Source of the DNA: an uncultured Chloroflexia bacterium
GTDB taxonomy: Bacteria; Chloroflexota; Limnocylindria; Limnocylindrales; CSP1-4
Reading direction: 5' to 3'
NCBI GenBank assembly: GCA_963748625.1
Contig: CAVVJT010000007.1
Location: 64,001 to 128,000, forward strand
Length of the DNA: 64,000 bases
Position 1 is the stretch's first letter. Every line of letters begins with the position of its first letter. A model generated the notes under the pieces. It was not told where the DNA came from. It saw only the letters and a program-made list of their open reading frames with translations, and did no database searches. Both the position numbers and the translations under genes were made by a program. This document shows, piece after piece, positions 19,651-30,942 of the stretch.

Positions 19651-21703
19651 GCTCGAGACGCCGGTCTACCGCGGGCGCGAGCCACGAGATCTGGTCGGGG
19701 CGAATGACCGGTGCCGTGACCTCGACGTCCCGGACGTAGTCAAGGAGTGCCAGGCGCAGGGCCGGCTCGTCCGCCCCGCTCGCCATGGCGATCATGTGAC
19801 GCGCATCCTCGCGCACCTCCACCGGTGGAGGCGTCGTCTGCGCCCGCAGGACCTTGGCGCTCGCCGTCGGCTCCACCTGCTCCGCGTCATAGAACAGCTC
19901 CTCGTGGAGCTTCTCGCCGGGACGCAGCCCGACGGTCTCGATGGGCTGGCTGTCCGGGTCGCGGCCCGAGAGCCGGACCAGGTCCCGGGCGAGGTCCATC
20001 ACCCGGACCGGCTCGCCCATGTCCAGCACGAACAGGTCCCCGTCGGTGCCGAGCGCGGCCGCGTCGAGGATGAGCCAGGAGGCCTCCGGGATCGTCATGA
20101 AGTAGCGCGTCATGTCGGGGTGCGTGATGGTGAGCGGCTCCCCGTTCTCCAGCTGCTCCTGGAAGATCGGAACGACGCTGCCGTTCGACCCGAGCACGTT
20201 GCCGAAGCGGACCGACACGTACGGACGGCCGCTCCGGTGGGCGGCATCCGCCACCAGCATCTCTGCGATGCGCTTGCTCGCACCCATGACACTCGACGGA
20301 CGAACCGCCTTGTCCGTGGAGACGAACACGAAGCGCTCCACGCCCGCCGCGACCGCCGCGTCCAGCATCACCATCGTCCCGCCGATGTTCACGTGCGTCG
20401 CATCGGACGGATGCTCCTCCATCAGGGGCACATGCTTGAAGGCGGCCGCGTGGAAGATGATGCTGGGCGCCTCACGTGCGACGAACCGCTCCATCTCCGC
20501 CCGGCTCGCGACGTTCGCAAGGTGGATGACGACCTCGCCTTTCCCACGCCCCCGGCGACGTCGTGACTCGAGCTCGCGGTGGAGCATGTACAGGGGGCTC
20601 TCGGCGCGGTCCACCAGGATCAGCCTGCGCGGTCCGATAGCGAACACCTGGCGCGCCAGCTCGGAGCCAATGGAGCCGCCACCGCCGGTGATCAGCACGG
20701 TCCGGTCGCGGATGAGGCTCTCGACCCCGGCGGCGTGCTCGGTGACCATCGGGCGGCGAAGGAGGTCTTCGACGCGCACTCGCCGGACGCGATACGCGTC
20801 CACGCTGCCGTCGAGCAGGTCTTCGACCGACGGGACCGTTCGGACGTCGAGGTGGAGCGCCATTGCAGCCTCCACGACCTGCCGCACGGCGCTCCCGGGC
20901 GCGCTCGGCATCGAGATCAGCAGCTTCTTCGCGCCGGTAGCTGCGACCGCCTGCTCCAGCGTCGCGAGGCCGCCAAAGACCCGCAGCCCCGCAACGTACC
21001 CGCCCGCGAGGCTGGGGTCATCGTCGAGGAACCCGACCGGCCTGACACCGGCACCCGGATGCCGCTGAGCGGAGCGCGCCAGCAGGGCCCCGGTCTGGCC
21101 GGCGCCGTACAGCAGGGCCGCGTTACCGTTGGCAGGAGTGACGTCTTCGGGTGCGTGGGCGTGTTCCGAGGCGGCCCGGATACCGAACCGCACGCCGCCC
21201 AGGATCGTGATGCTCAGCAGGGCCTCGATCGGCCAGAACGAGCGCGGGAACTCTGTGACTGCCGGGCTGCCGGCGAGCGTCGAGGCGCCGTAGAAGATGA
21301 CGATGCTGATCAGCGATCCCAGCGCTACCGCAGCGGCGATCCGCTCGAGATCGGGGACGCTTGCATTGCGCCATCGACGGCTGTAGAGGCCGAGGTTGAT
21401 GTTGACGATGGTGCGGGTCGCGAGCAACAGCACCACGACGGCGGGGAACGCCGGGATAGACCACGGGGCGCTGACCCGGTCCAGGCGAAGCGCCAAGGCG
21501 ATGTACGAGGCAACTGCGATCCCGACCAGGTCGACAGCGAGGAGGTAGCGGCCGCGCAGGTGGCCGCCGAACGGCCACACGGTCCGTCTGGGCAACAGCG
21601 TCGACGCTCCGGAACGCGTGCGCCTCCGGCGCAGCCGGGACAGGACGGCGCGCGGGCGCCCTGACCACCTCTCGAGCGTACGGTCCGCCAATGCATCCCC
21701 CAC
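19616..21703 (-). CDS. NDP-sugar 4,6-dehydratase/epimerase, CapD/PglF family
   Basis: N-terminal TM segments, YGAGQTG, TGGGGSIGSEL, HAAAFKHVP, STDKAV, RFGNVLGSNGSV, GLRPGEKLHEEL. Confidence 0.93.
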   Translation of the reverse strand: MGDALADRTLERWSGRPRAVLSRLRRRRTRSGASTLLPRRTVWPFGGHLRGRYLLAVDLVGIAVASYIALALRLDRVSAPWSIPAFPAVVVLLLATRTIVNINLGLYSRRWRNASVPDLERIAAAVALGSLISIVIFYGASTLAGSPAVTEFPRSFWPIEALLSITILGGVRFGIRAASEHAHAPEDVTPANGNAALLYGAGQTGALLARSAQRHPGAGVRPVGFLDDDPSLAGGYVAGLRVFGGLATLEQAVAATGAKKLLISMPSAPGSAVRQVVEAAMALHLDVRTVPSVEDLLDGSVDAYRVRRVRVEDLLRRPMVTEHAAGVESLIRDRTVLITGGGGSIGSELARQVFAIGPRRLILVDRAESPLYMLHRELESRRRRGRGKGEVVIHLANVASRAEMERFVAREAPSIIFHAAAFKHVPLMEEHPSDATHVNIGGTMVMLDAAVAAGVERFVFVSTDKAVRPSSVMGASKRIAEMLVADAAHRSGRPYVSVRFGNVLGSNGSVVPIFQEQLENGEPLTITHPDMTRYFMTIPEASWLILDAAALGTDGDLFVLDMGEPVRVMDLARDLVRLSGRDPDSQPIETVGLRPGEKLHEELFYDAEQVEPTASAKVLRAQTTPPPVEVREDARHMIAMASGADEPALRLALLDYVRDVEVTAPVIRPDQISWLAPAVDRRLELVPVTAEAGTH

Positions 21704-22009
21704 GTATAGGTCGGCCGCACGACGGGGTGCGGCCGCACAACTCCCCCGGACCGACGACGATAGACTGGGAGACGAGGCCCGTTCCAGTGCCGATGGTCCT
21801 GCTCAAATGGTCCTGATCTATTCGTGGTGCACTTGGGCACCACGGCTGCCGCCGGCGCAGGCCGAGCACAGGGCCGTTGAGGGGCCGTTCCGGTGAGGAC
21901 ATGGGCGATTGGTAACATTGACCGTACCCGGCGTTGCGTCGATCATCGGAGTACGTCCCGGTCCTCATCCGCACGCCCCGCCCACCCGGAACACCGAGGC
22001 AGACATCCT

Positions 22010-23635
22010 GTGGATCTCCGGCGCCAGATGGCCATCATCCGGACGTGGCTGCCGCTGCTCGTCGCGAGCGTGATCTTGGCCGCCGTTGCGGCGTTCGCCG
22101 TCAGCAGCCTCCTGCCGAAGGTGTACGAGGCGAAGGCCACGCTGATCGTCGGCCAGTCGCTTTCGTCCTCCAACCCCGACTACAACCAACTCCTGGTCTC
22201 CCAGCGTCTGTCCGCGACCTACGCTGCGGTCGCGACCAAGCGGCCCCTCCTCCAGAGCGTGATAACCCAGCTCAACCTTGGAATGAGCCCTGAGGAGCTG
22301 GCGAAGAGCGTTCGAGCGGACGTCCCTACCGAGAGCACGCTACTTGGGATCACCGCCCAGGACGCCGACCCCGATCGCGCCGCGGCGATCGCCAACACGC
22401 TGGCCGACCAGCTCATCGCGGCCTCGCCTGCCCTCCAGGGACGCCAGGCCGAGCTCCAGACCTTCGCGGACTCGGAGGTGTCCGCGACGCAATCGCAGAT
22501 CCAAACGACGCAGGCGCAGCTCGAGGCTCTTCTTGGGTTGACGGAACGCACCCCAGAGCAGGATGCGGAGATCCAGACGCTCGAAGGGCGGCTGACCAGC
22601 CTCCGTTCCACGTATGCCACGCTGCTCTCATTCGCCCTCGGCAACTCGGCCAGCCTCTTGACGGTGGTCGAGCCGGCAGTGGGATCGGCGGACCCAGTCT
22701 CGCCCCGGGTGGCTCTCAACACCGTTCTGGCTGCCGTCCTGGGCCTCCTCGTCGCGGTCGGCATCGCGTTCCTCGCCGAGTACCTCGACGACTCGATCAA
22801 AGACTCCGACGCCGTCCAGGAGGCCACCGGCCTGAGCACGCTCGGCACGATCGCCCGGATGAAGGGCGAACGTGGCCGGAAGGAGATGTACAGGCTGGCG
22901 CCGCTGCTCTACCCGCGATCGAGTGCTGCGGAGGCATACCGGACGCTCCGCACCAACATCGAGTTCGCATCTGTCGATGCTCCAATTCGGACCCTCCTGG
23001 TCACAAGCGCTGTCCCAGGTGAGGGCAAGACGATCACCGCGGCCAACCTCGCGATCGTCTTTGCCCAAGCGGGTCGCCGAGTCCTGCTCGTTGATGCGGA
23101 TCTCCGCAAACCCGGTGTCCACGTCGCTTTCGGTCTCCTTAACGAACAAGGCCTAACGACGATGCTGCGCAGCGACGATGCTGGCCTCGCCTCACTCGTC
23201 CGGGCGACTGAGGTGGTCAACCTGCTGGTCCTCACAACCGGGCCCCTGCCACCCAATCCGGCCGAGCTTGTTGGCTCGCAGCGTATGGCCGCGCTGCTGG
23301 ATGAGCTGCGGCAGGACAGCGATCTCGTGATCTTCGACAGTCCGCCACTTGAGGCTGTCACTGACGCCGCGCTCCTGAGCTCGTTCGCTGACGGGACCCT
23401 GCTCGTGGTAGATGCATCAAAGAGCCGCCGCAGAGCCGTGCGCGCGGCCCGCGAAGCGCTGGATCGCGCAGGGGCCAACGTGGTCGGCGCGGTTCTTAAT
23501 CGGACGCCGGCGCGCGCGGCGCCAGCCTATGAGTACTACGGTGGCTACACCGAGACAGCGAAGAATGCCGAGCCCTCCGGCTCGACCGATCTGCCGCAGC
23601 CCGGCGAAAAGCTGCCCGGGCGGAGTGGCCCCTAG
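22010..23635 (+). CDS. polysaccharide co-polymerase / tyrosine autokinase (Wzc-like fusion)
   Basis: Wzz-like N-terminus with coiled coil, AEAYRTLRTN, GEGKT, DADLRKP, DSPP, Tyr cluster YEYYGGY. Confidence 0.93.
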   Translation: MDLRRQMAIIRTWLPLLVASVILAAVAAFAVSSLLPKVYEAKATLIVGQSLSSSNPDYNQLLVSQRLSATYAAVATKRPLLQSVITQLNLGMSPEELAKSVRADVPTESTLLGITAQDADPDRAAAIANTLADQLIAASPALQGRQAELQTFADSEVSATQSQIQTTQAQLEALLGLTERTPEQDAEIQTLEGRLTSLRSTYATLLSFALGNSASLLTVVEPAVGSADPVSPRVALNTVLAAVLGLLVAVGIAFLAEYLDDSIKDSDAVQEATGLSTLGTIARMKGERGRKEMYRLAPLLYPRSSAAEAYRTLRTNIEFASVDAPIRTLLVTSAVPGEGKTITAANLAIVFAQAGRRVLLVDADLRKPGVHVAFGLLNEQGLTTMLRSDDAGLASLVRATEVVNLLVLTTGPLPPNPAELVGSQRMAALLDELRQDSDLVIFDSPPLEAVTDAALLSSFADGTLLVVDASKSRRRAVRAAREALDRAGANVVGAVLNRTPARAAPAYEYYGGYTETAKNAEPSGSTDLPQPGEKLPGRSGP

Positions 23636-24054
23636 TGCCCGGCGGATCTGCGCCCTCCACGATCGCCGCGGGCCCGTCGCGACCGCGAGCGGTGGGTGAT
23701 AGACGTGCACACCTTGGTGTACACGTGGTGGAGGGTGCCCTCCTGCGTGAGGCCATGCGTCTCGCAGATCGTTGAGTCGAGGACTATCGTAAGCGGCGGG
23801 CTGCCCGGACCCGCGCCGGCGGCCCGGGCGAGTAGGCTGGGGGCAGACCGAATCGAGCTGGCGGGCGTGGCCCAGCGGGTGTTGCTGTGCGCACGAAGGT
23901 GCCCAACGCGGATAAGGCCTTCACCGTGAAGCCAAGGATCTTCGCCGCGCCCGCCTAGAGAGCGGCGGCATCGTCGATGCAGGCGCCGCCTGCGAGCGCA
24001 GAGAAGATCAGGGTCGGCAGTCTGTCGCCGACGTTCCCGCTGGGACGGGTTGGC

Positions 24055-25485
24055 TCATTCATGGACTCCATCGAACGTGATAGCGATCGAGTCTCCATCA
24101 GACCCGGTACGGTTCAATCCACCCCGGGGCGGAAGCTCGACGGCGATCCGCTCGTAGGTCTCGAGGAGTCCCTTGACCTCGGTCTCCCAGTTCCATCGCT
24201 CGCGCGCTGCGGAAAAACAGCGCGTCCTCAGCGCGAGCCGCTCGACAGGCCCGAGCTCTAGTATCGATCGGATCGCGAGAGCCACCGACGCAGGTCGTGC
24301 GGGATCGCAGATCGTGCCGAGTGGACCTGCTGGGTCGTCGACGATCCGGCGGACGCCCGGGAGGTCGCTAACAACCACGGGAACTCCGGCAGCCAGGCAC
24401 TCAAACAGCTTGTTGGGCGTTGCGAGGCGTAGGTTGCGGTCGGTGCCAGGGAGAGCGATAGCTCCGACGTCGGCCGACGAGATCCAACCGTGAAGCTCCT
24501 CCACCGGAACGGCATCGAGAACGTGAATGCGACCGGCAAACCGCGGGGCTCCCGAGAGCGCGCGCAAGGCATCGCGCAGTCGGCCGTAGCCGAGGAGCAC
24601 GAGGTGAGCGGACTCGAGACCCGGCTCGAGCATCGCCTCAGTCAGCACCTCAAGGCCCCGGTGGTTCGCGAGCAACCCGTGGTGCAGGACGATCGCGGCG
24701 CCTGCCGGGATGCCCGTCGCACGACGGAGAAGATCAGGCCCAGCATATGGAGCTGTCCGTGGCGGGCAGTTGTGGACCACGATCGTTCGCGGCGGCCGAT
24801 ATCGCCGATTGAGCACGACGGCCACGTCCCGGTTTACCGTGACCAGTGTGTCGATCCGTCTGACCCTCCTCTGCTCTTCCCAGCGCAGCAGAGAGCGGAG
24901 AGCCGGCGGGAGGAGGCCGGCGACCCCGGTGTCCAGGAACAACTCGTGGGAGTCGTAGACGATGGTGCCAGCACGCACGTGATCCGAGATCGCCTCAAGC
25001 GCCTGCAGATCATGGGCGTGCCAAACGTCCGCTTCTCCAATCGCCGTCGCCGCCAGCCTTCCCCAAGTTCGCAAGTGGTACAGATACGCCGCGAGCCAAG
25101 CAACTCGCTCCAGGGGCACGAGCCAACGTCTGGGGCGGTTCTCGGCAGTAAACGGGCTTGCACTCCCCGGTAATGTGCTGCCCCGACCTGGGAGCAGGGG
25201 TAGTACGTCCACACCGACCGGCGACCACCCGCTGGGACCGTTCCCGGGTAAGCATGCCAAGAGTACGTGATGGCCTGCTGCAGCCAGCGTTTCTGCCTCA
25301 CGACGGACCCGGCTGTCATGCGTGATGTCGCCATACACGGCCATGGCTATGCGAAGGCGCCGTTCCGGGGCGACTTCCGCAACGGTTTGGGTCGAGTTCG
25401 GCCTGGTTGGCCGCATCAGGGACACTTCGCGTTCATCGTGATCCCAGCGTGCGATCGATGCGCCGCCGAAGCTCGCCGTGACCAT
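24055..25485 (-). CDS. glycosyltransferase family 4
   Basis: HDSRVRREA, WHAHDL, YDSHE, PNKLFECLAAGVPVV. Confidence 0.9.
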   Translation of the reverse strand: MVTASFGGASIARWDHDEREVSLMRPTRPNSTQTVAEVAPERRLRIAMAVYGDITHDSRVRREAETLAAAGHHVLLACLPGNGPSGWSPVGVDVLPLLPGRGSTLPGSASPFTAENRPRRWLVPLERVAWLAAYLYHLRTWGRLAATAIGEADVWHAHDLQALEAISDHVRAGTIVYDSHELFLDTGVAGLLPPALRSLLRWEEQRRVRRIDTLVTVNRDVAVVLNRRYRPPRTIVVHNCPPRTAPYAGPDLLRRATGIPAGAAIVLHHGLLANHRGLEVLTEAMLEPGLESAHLVLLGYGRLRDALRALSGAPRFAGRIHVLDAVPVEELHGWISSADVGAIALPGTDRNLRLATPNKLFECLAAGVPVVVSDLPGVRRIVDDPAGPLGTICDPARPASVALAIRSILELGPVERLALRTRCFSAARERWNWETEVKGLLETYERIAVELPPRGGLNRTGSDGDSIAITFDGVHE

Positions 25486-25500
25486 GCTCTCGCTTGGTCC

Positions 25501-27369
25501 TCAAGCGGGAAACCACGCCCGGAGATAGCGATCCAGCGCGACCATGTTGAAGACTTGGTCGTCCCATGCGTAGGAGGGCTTCCGCCTCTGCCATTCGACC
25601 TGCAGCCTGCGGAGAGCGTCGACGTCTACCACTTCCTCCCAAGCGGGGTGCGGGTCGGCAATCCAAGTGTCAACCAATGGCTTCAAGGAGCCTCGAAGCC
25701 AACGCGCCTGTGGCAGCGAGAACCAGCGCTTGCCCGGGGACCAGGCAGGGATCCCGCCAGCTCGCGAGGCCAACGCGACGCGCAGCGGCCACTTTGTCCA
25801 CCCGTCCCGAAAGACGACATCTTCGGGCATGGCAAGCGATAAGGCGACAAGCGAGGCATCGAGGTACGGGAGCCGGGTTTCTACCGAATGGGCCATGGCG
25901 TTTCGATCGGCGTGAGCCAGCAGGTTGGGTAGACTCCAACGCTGGATGTCTTGCACGCGCATCTCGAGGCCACTGACTCGGACCCGCGGCGTGTGCTCAC
26001 CCTCGAACAGCTCTGGCCGCAAGAAGAGGTCTGGGCGGGGTGCGTTCCCCGCTCGACCTAGGTATCTGTACCCAGCTGTCCGAAGCCTGTCGACCGTGCC
26101 AACTTGACGGACGAAGCCTACGACGGGCCCGGTCAACGCCAAGGGACGTGTCGTTGCAGTTCGCCAGATGACGCTAGCCACGAACTTGTTGTAGCCGCCC
26201 AGGATCTCGTCAGCTCCCTGGCCATCGAGCACGACGAACACGCCGGCAGACCGGGCGGCCTCGAATACCTTCCACTGCCCGTAGATGCTCGTCCCCGAGA
26301 TCGGATACTCATGGTGCCACGACATCAGATCCCAGATCGTGCCGAACTCATCTGGGTCCGCGGGGACAGGCTCCCAGCCGGACCCCAGCGCCCTAGCGAA
26401 CTGACCGGCGGCGGAACCTTCATCGATCCGCACGTCATCACTTGTCGCCGTGAACGTCCGGTAACCCTTCTGACCCTGGAAGGTCGCCTCGGCAAGTACG
26501 AGGGAACTGTCAATACCAGACGAGAGGGATGTCCCAACCTGAACGTCCGAGCGGAGTCGCCTACGGATCGACCGGGCAAAGAGCTCCGAGAAGCGAACGC
26601 ACCAGTCAGCCGGCGACCGCTCAGGTGATACCGCACTGATCTCTGTGTTGAGGTCGAAGTACGAACCGCTCTTTACTCCGCCCCTATCCACCCAAAGCCA
26701 CCGACCCGGTGCAAGCTGGTTCACTCCTTCGAACCAGGAAGATGGCCCGTCAAAGGGCCGACCCGTTACCAGGAAGGTTGCCGCGCTGCGGGGATCCAAT
26801 CGGGGAGCGACCTGTGGGTATTGCCCGAGTTGCTTGACTTCGGATGCGAACGCTAGTCCGCCCTCCCACGAAGTCCAAAAGAGCGGCTTCTCTCCGAACC
26901 TGTCGCGGGCAATGAGAAGGCCGTCCTTGCGCTCGTCGTAGATCGCAAGCGCCCACATCCCATCGAGCCGGGCCAGTGCATCCGTGCCCCATTCAAGGTA
27001 GGCCTTGAGGAGGACCTCGCTATCGCCAGTTGACGTGAAGGTCCAGCCAAGCGCGGCCAAGTCATCGCGTATCTCGACGAAGTTGTAGATCTCGCCGTTG
27101 TAGGTCATCGCAGCTCGGCCCGGCACCACCATCGGCTGGTCCCCGCTGGGCAAGAGGTCCAGAATTGCCAGACGGCTGAAACCAAGGGCAACACGGGAAG
27201 CTTCGATGGCTTTGGTGTCGAGCTCATCGACGGGTCGGCAACCGATCTGACCGGGGACCCAGTAGCCGGTTCCGTCTGGCCCACGATGCCTCGCAACCCT
27301 GACCGCGTTTGCGAACCAGGCCCCTGGCACCTGGGGGCTTGCAGCGATATAGCCGTTGATGCCGCAGAT
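25501..27369 (-). CDS. asnB: asparagine synthase-like glutamine amidotransferase (AsnB family); apparent start codon ATC
   Basis: CGING N-terminus, RHRGPDG, YNGEIYNF, ARDRFGEKPL, LSSGIDSS, DGQGADE, DRNAMAHSVETRLPYLD. Confidence 0.92.
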   Translation of the reverse strand: MCGINGYIAASPQVPGAWFANAVRVARHRGPDGTGYWVPGQIGCRPVDELDTKAIEASRVALGFSRLAILDLLPSGDQPMVVPGRAAMTYNGEIYNFVEIRDDLAALGWTFTSTGDSEVLLKAYLEWGTDALARLDGMWALAIYDERKDGLLIARDRFGEKPLFWTSWEGGLAFASEVKQLGQYPQVAPRLDPRSAATFLVTGRPFDGPSSWFEGVNQLAPGRWLWVDRGGVKSGSYFDLNTEISAVSPERSPADWCVRFSELFARSIRRRLRSDVQVGTSLSSGIDSSLVLAEATFQGQKGYRTFTATSDDVRIDEGSAAGQFARALGSGWEPVPADPDEFGTIWDLMSWHHEYPISGTSIYGQWKVFEAARSAGVFVVLDGQGADEILGGYNKFVASVIWRTATTRPLALTGPVVGFVRQVGTVDRLRTAGYRYLGRAGNAPRPDLFLRPELFEGEHTPRVRVSGLEMRVQDIQRWSLPNLLAHADRNAMAHSVETRLPYLDASLVALSLAMPEDVVFRDGWTKWPLRVALASRAGGIPAWSPGKRWFSLPQARWLRGSLKPLVDTWIADPHPAWEEVVDVDALRRLQVEWQRRKPSYAWDDQVFNMVALDRYLRAWFPA

Positions 27370-27933
27370 GAGGCAATTCCTCCAAGGAGCGAAACAGAAG
27401 TTCGCGTTCTTGTCGTCGGACCCTATTGTGACAGCGCGGTTCGCCTCCGGCGCGGCATGTGCGGGCTGCCAGCCGGTCGCGGCAGACTCCTCGGGTGCCT
27501 CAGCCCCTTCGAGCATCCCTCGCGTCCCGTCAGCGCATGGGGCACGCGGCGTCGCGCTGCAGTGGGTCGCGTCCCCCAGACTTGGCGTAACAGCGTTGCC
27601 GTGAAGGAGAACGGCCACCGCGTCACTCTCGCCTTGCCGAATCCGAGAGATCTACTGCGTGGTGAACGCGAGGACGACGCGCCGCGACCGGGTCTTGACT
27701 GCCGCGGGGTTGTCGCTGGGGGGGGCTTGGGCGCTATGCGGGAAGGGCTAACATGGACGAGCGGGAGCGCTGTCCGCATTAACGTGACTTGACGCGGAGT
27801 GCAGTGGCGGAGCTTTGAGGCGGTCCGTTGTGATACGTGGTCGAACCGTAGGCCGACGACCTTTGCGCCCCGCAGTAGCGAGGAGCGGAAGGACGATGCG
27901 AATCGCGCTGCCTGGCCCGATGGGCAGTCGATC

Positions 27934-29307
27934 GTGAGCTCGAAAGCGGCACTGTTTGCAGGCTTGGTGGAGTCCGTGGCTAGGCCAACCCGACTTCACA
28001 TGTATCGCTCGTACGTGGCGAGCCAATTCGAACCCGTTCACCTCCGCCGCACCCGCCAAGACGCAAACCTGGCGTCCATGTTGTCATGGGCCCAGCAGGC
28101 CGTTCCGTACTACGGACAGTTGTTCACCACGGTCGGCATCGAGCCGGGCGACATCCGGGGAGTGCCGGACTTGGCCACGCTTCCCGTGCTTACCAAGGCG
28201 ACAATAAGGGAATCCCCGGACGCGTTCTACCCTCAGACCCCACGCCGCGAGCGCTTCGTGCAAGGCAGGACGGGCGGGTCAACTGGACAGCCTCTCCGAT
28301 ACCGCATGTCGAACCAGGACTATCAGGCTGGCGTGGCGTTGATGTATCGCGGCTGGGGTTGCGGTGGCTATCGACCGGGCGACAGCACCGCGATTGTTGC
28401 CGGCGGGTCATTGATGTCCAGCTCGCCCAGCCTCTTCAGCCGGGTCAGGGACGTGATACGTAACACGCGGCATCTGAGTTCCTACGGGATGACCGAGGAA
28501 CGGATGGCCGCGTACCTTGACTTCATGTCTCGCTGGCGCCCTCTGTATGTTTATGGTTATGCATCCAGCCTATTTGCTGTGTCCCGGTATGCCCTGGATC
28601 GCGGGCTGGAACCCTATTCCTCGGTTAGGGCCGTATTCAGCACAGCAGAGTGCCTTTCTCCATCTGCGCGACAGGCAATACGTCAAGTGTTCGGATGCGA
28701 GGTGTTCGACACCTACGGCCTGAATGATGGGGGTGTCTCGGCGTACGAGTGCCCCGAGCACTCAGGATTTCACGTCGACCTCGAGCGGGCAGTTCTCGAG
28801 GTCGTTGACGACGAGGGGAGGCCGGTCGTTGGCCGACCCGGCAGGATTCTGGCCACGAGCCTGCTGAACCAAGCGATGCCATTCGTTCGGTACGAAACCG
28901 GCGATATCGGCGTGATGACGACGGAGAACTGCCCGTGTGGCCGAACCAGCCCAATGCTGTCATCCGTCCTCGGTCGACAGACTGACCTGCTGGTGATTGA
29001 CGGCGTCACCATTGGAAGTCCCGTTCTTACTGTTCTGATGGGAACCACCACGGCAGCCTGGTACCAGATTGTTCAGACGGATAGGACGAGCGTGACCTTC
29101 AGGATCGTCAACCCGGATCCAGCGACACGGCAACACGACGAGACCACCATTGTCGCGTCGCTGCGTCATCACGTGGGCGAGACCGTCCGGATAACGTTTG
29201 AGTACTTGGAGATGCCAGACGACCTCCTAGCGGGCGACAAGCATCGGTTCATCGTCAACCAGTGGTTGGAACCAGCCGATCCACGGATCGGATCAGCCAC
29301 CAACTGA
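27934..29307 (+). CDS. phenylacetate-CoA ligase-like (CapK/PaaK family) adenylating enzyme; start uncertain
   Basis: VPYY, LPVLTK, TGGSTGQP, YGYASS, FDTYG, AMPFVRYETGD, GRQTD. Confidence 0.88.
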   Translation: MSSKAALFAGLVESVARPTRLHMYRSYVASQFEPVHLRRTRQDANLASMLSWAQQAVPYYGQLFTTVGIEPGDIRGVPDLATLPVLTKATIRESPDAFYPQTPRRERFVQGRTGGSTGQPLRYRMSNQDYQAGVALMYRGWGCGGYRPGDSTAIVAGGSLMSSSPSLFSRVRDVIRNTRHLSSYGMTEERMAAYLDFMSRWRPLYVYGYASSLFAVSRYALDRGLEPYSSVRAVFSTAECLSPSARQAIRQVFGCEVFDTYGLNDGGVSAYECPEHSGFHVDLERAVLEVVDDEGRPVVGRPGRILATSLLNQAMPFVRYETGDIGVMTTENCPCGRTSPMLSSVLGRQTDLLVIDGVTIGSPVLTVLMGTTTAAWYQIVQTDRTSVTFRIVNPDPATRQHDETTIVASLRHHVGETVRITFEYLEMPDDLLAGDKHRFIVNQWLEPADPRIGSATN

Positions 29308-29467
29308 GCGCCCAATATCGTGTCATGGCCGAACGGGTGCTCTTCTCGCATGATCAGCACGAGGTCCCGCGAGGCCATCGATCACGCGACGTCGTGGGCT
29401 CAGCGCCGGCCAAACCTACCCTGTACCCTCATGTGCCTGGAAATGACGCCAGGGCGATCGAGGCATC

Positions 29468-30808
29468 GTGAACCTCAGAGTTGACCGGTCAACGGCCGTC
29501 GTCGCGGCTGCCGCACTGGCTGCCGGCGGCATTGTGGGGGTAACCGTCGCTGCCGTAGGCCCGGCGGTGGCGGGGAGCGTTGCGCTCGCGGTAGTAGTCC
29601 TGACATTGCTGCGGTCACCTGGCGTAGCCCTCGCCCTCTACCTCTTCATTCCGCCTTTTCTGAAGGGCTATCTCCAGCCTTTCGTGCCTGTCGACCTGAC
29701 GGCGATCTTGGGGCTCGCGTGCGCCCTCCATGTTGCATACGGGATGATCGCGAGACCAGTCAAGATCCGACACCGAGCGTTAGTCCTCTGGATTGCCCTC
29801 CTCGCAATGATCACTGTGGGTTCGCTTTACGCTCCAGACCAGAACCTCGCGTTCTCACGAGTGCTGAATTGGCTCGCCCTAGTTATGGCGCCACTTCTCG
29901 TAGTGTTCTGGGTCGCGGAGGATCAGCGCGAGGTAGAGCGGTTCATCTGGACGTGCTTGGCGGTGGCCCTGCTCGTGGTAATCCTGACCGCAGGTGAATT
30001 CTCACCATCTCAGCGGCTTGCACCGGGCACCCTATCGACGATCAACGTCGGGCGCGCTTCACTGATGGTCCCAATCATCACATTCTTCTATTTGATGCGG
30101 GACGGTCCGTCGTGGCTGCGTGGACCCCTCCTAGTGGTAACGCCGCTGGCGCTGCTCATTTCGATCGCCGCCGCAGCGAGAGGGCCGCTCCTCTTGTTCG
30201 TCGCGCTCGCGGCCGCCCTTTCGATTTGGCACTTGGCCCGTGGACATCGCCCCTCCAGCCGTGCGGTCGCAAGTCTGACGGTGTCCGTCCTATTGCTCGG
30301 CATCATCGCCACCGTCACTCCTCTTCCGTCCGTCTCCCTGGACAGCTTCGTCCGATTGGCGGCGTATGCGACGGGAGCCGGCACAACTGTCGACGGATCG
30401 ATTGAACCGCGTCTCGATGCTGCCGACCTCGCGATCTCAATCTTCGAGGATCATCCAGCAGTTGGAGCCGGCACGGGCGCATTCACGCACTACTCACAGA
30501 CGATCCCGACGTTGTCGACCATCCAGAATCCGCACAACATCGTTCTTGAGATTGCGTCCGATTGGGGGGTGATGGGCCTGGTGCTGTTTCTTGTTCTGGT
30601 CCTGGTTGCGATCCGCCAGAGACCCCCAGCATCCGTCTGGACCGCGGTGTGGGCTGTGTTCCTGTTTCTCGGGGCGAATGCGATGCTGGGTAGCTTCTTC
30701 GACTACCGCGAGTTCTGGGGGTTCGGCCTGCTCCTCCTGGCGGCACCAGTCGCAGGTCGGCCCGCGGAAGGTCTTCTAGGGGCTCCAGTGTCTAGCACTG
30801 CCAGCTGA
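29468..30808 (+). CDS. O-antigen ligase / Wzy-like polymerase
   Basis: Multi-TM; ARGP; HPAVGAGTGAF...NPHNIVLEIASDWGVMG (Wzy_C-like). Confidence 0.85.
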   Translation: MNLRVDRSTAVVAAAALAAGGIVGVTVAAVGPAVAGSVALAVVVLTLLRSPGVALALYLFIPPFLKGYLQPFVPVDLTAILGLACALHVAYGMIARPVKIRHRALVLWIALLAMITVGSLYAPDQNLAFSRVLNWLALVMAPLLVVFWVAEDQREVERFIWTCLAVALLVVILTAGEFSPSQRLAPGTLSTINVGRASLMVPIITFFYLMRDGPSWLRGPLLVVTPLALLISIAAAARGPLLLFVALAAALSIWHLARGHRPSSRAVASLTVSVLLLGIIATVTPLPSVSLDSFVRLAAYATGAGTTVDGSIEPRLDAADLAISIFEDHPAVGAGTGAFTHYSQTIPTLSTIQNPHNIVLEIASDWGVMGLVLFLVLVLVAIRQRPPASVWTAVWAVFLFLGANAMLGSFFDYREFWGFGLLLLAAPVAGRPAEGLLGAPVSSTAS

Positions 30809-30942
30809 ACATCGTCGTGCCCACTGAGTTTGAGATCAGGTCGCAAGGGCAGGATGTCGCGCGTGTCGCTTGCCGTGTCCACCTCGTTGCCCCTCCTGCC
30901 TTAGGCGGGACGGCAGGAAGGCAGCAGTACCTGGGTTGAACT

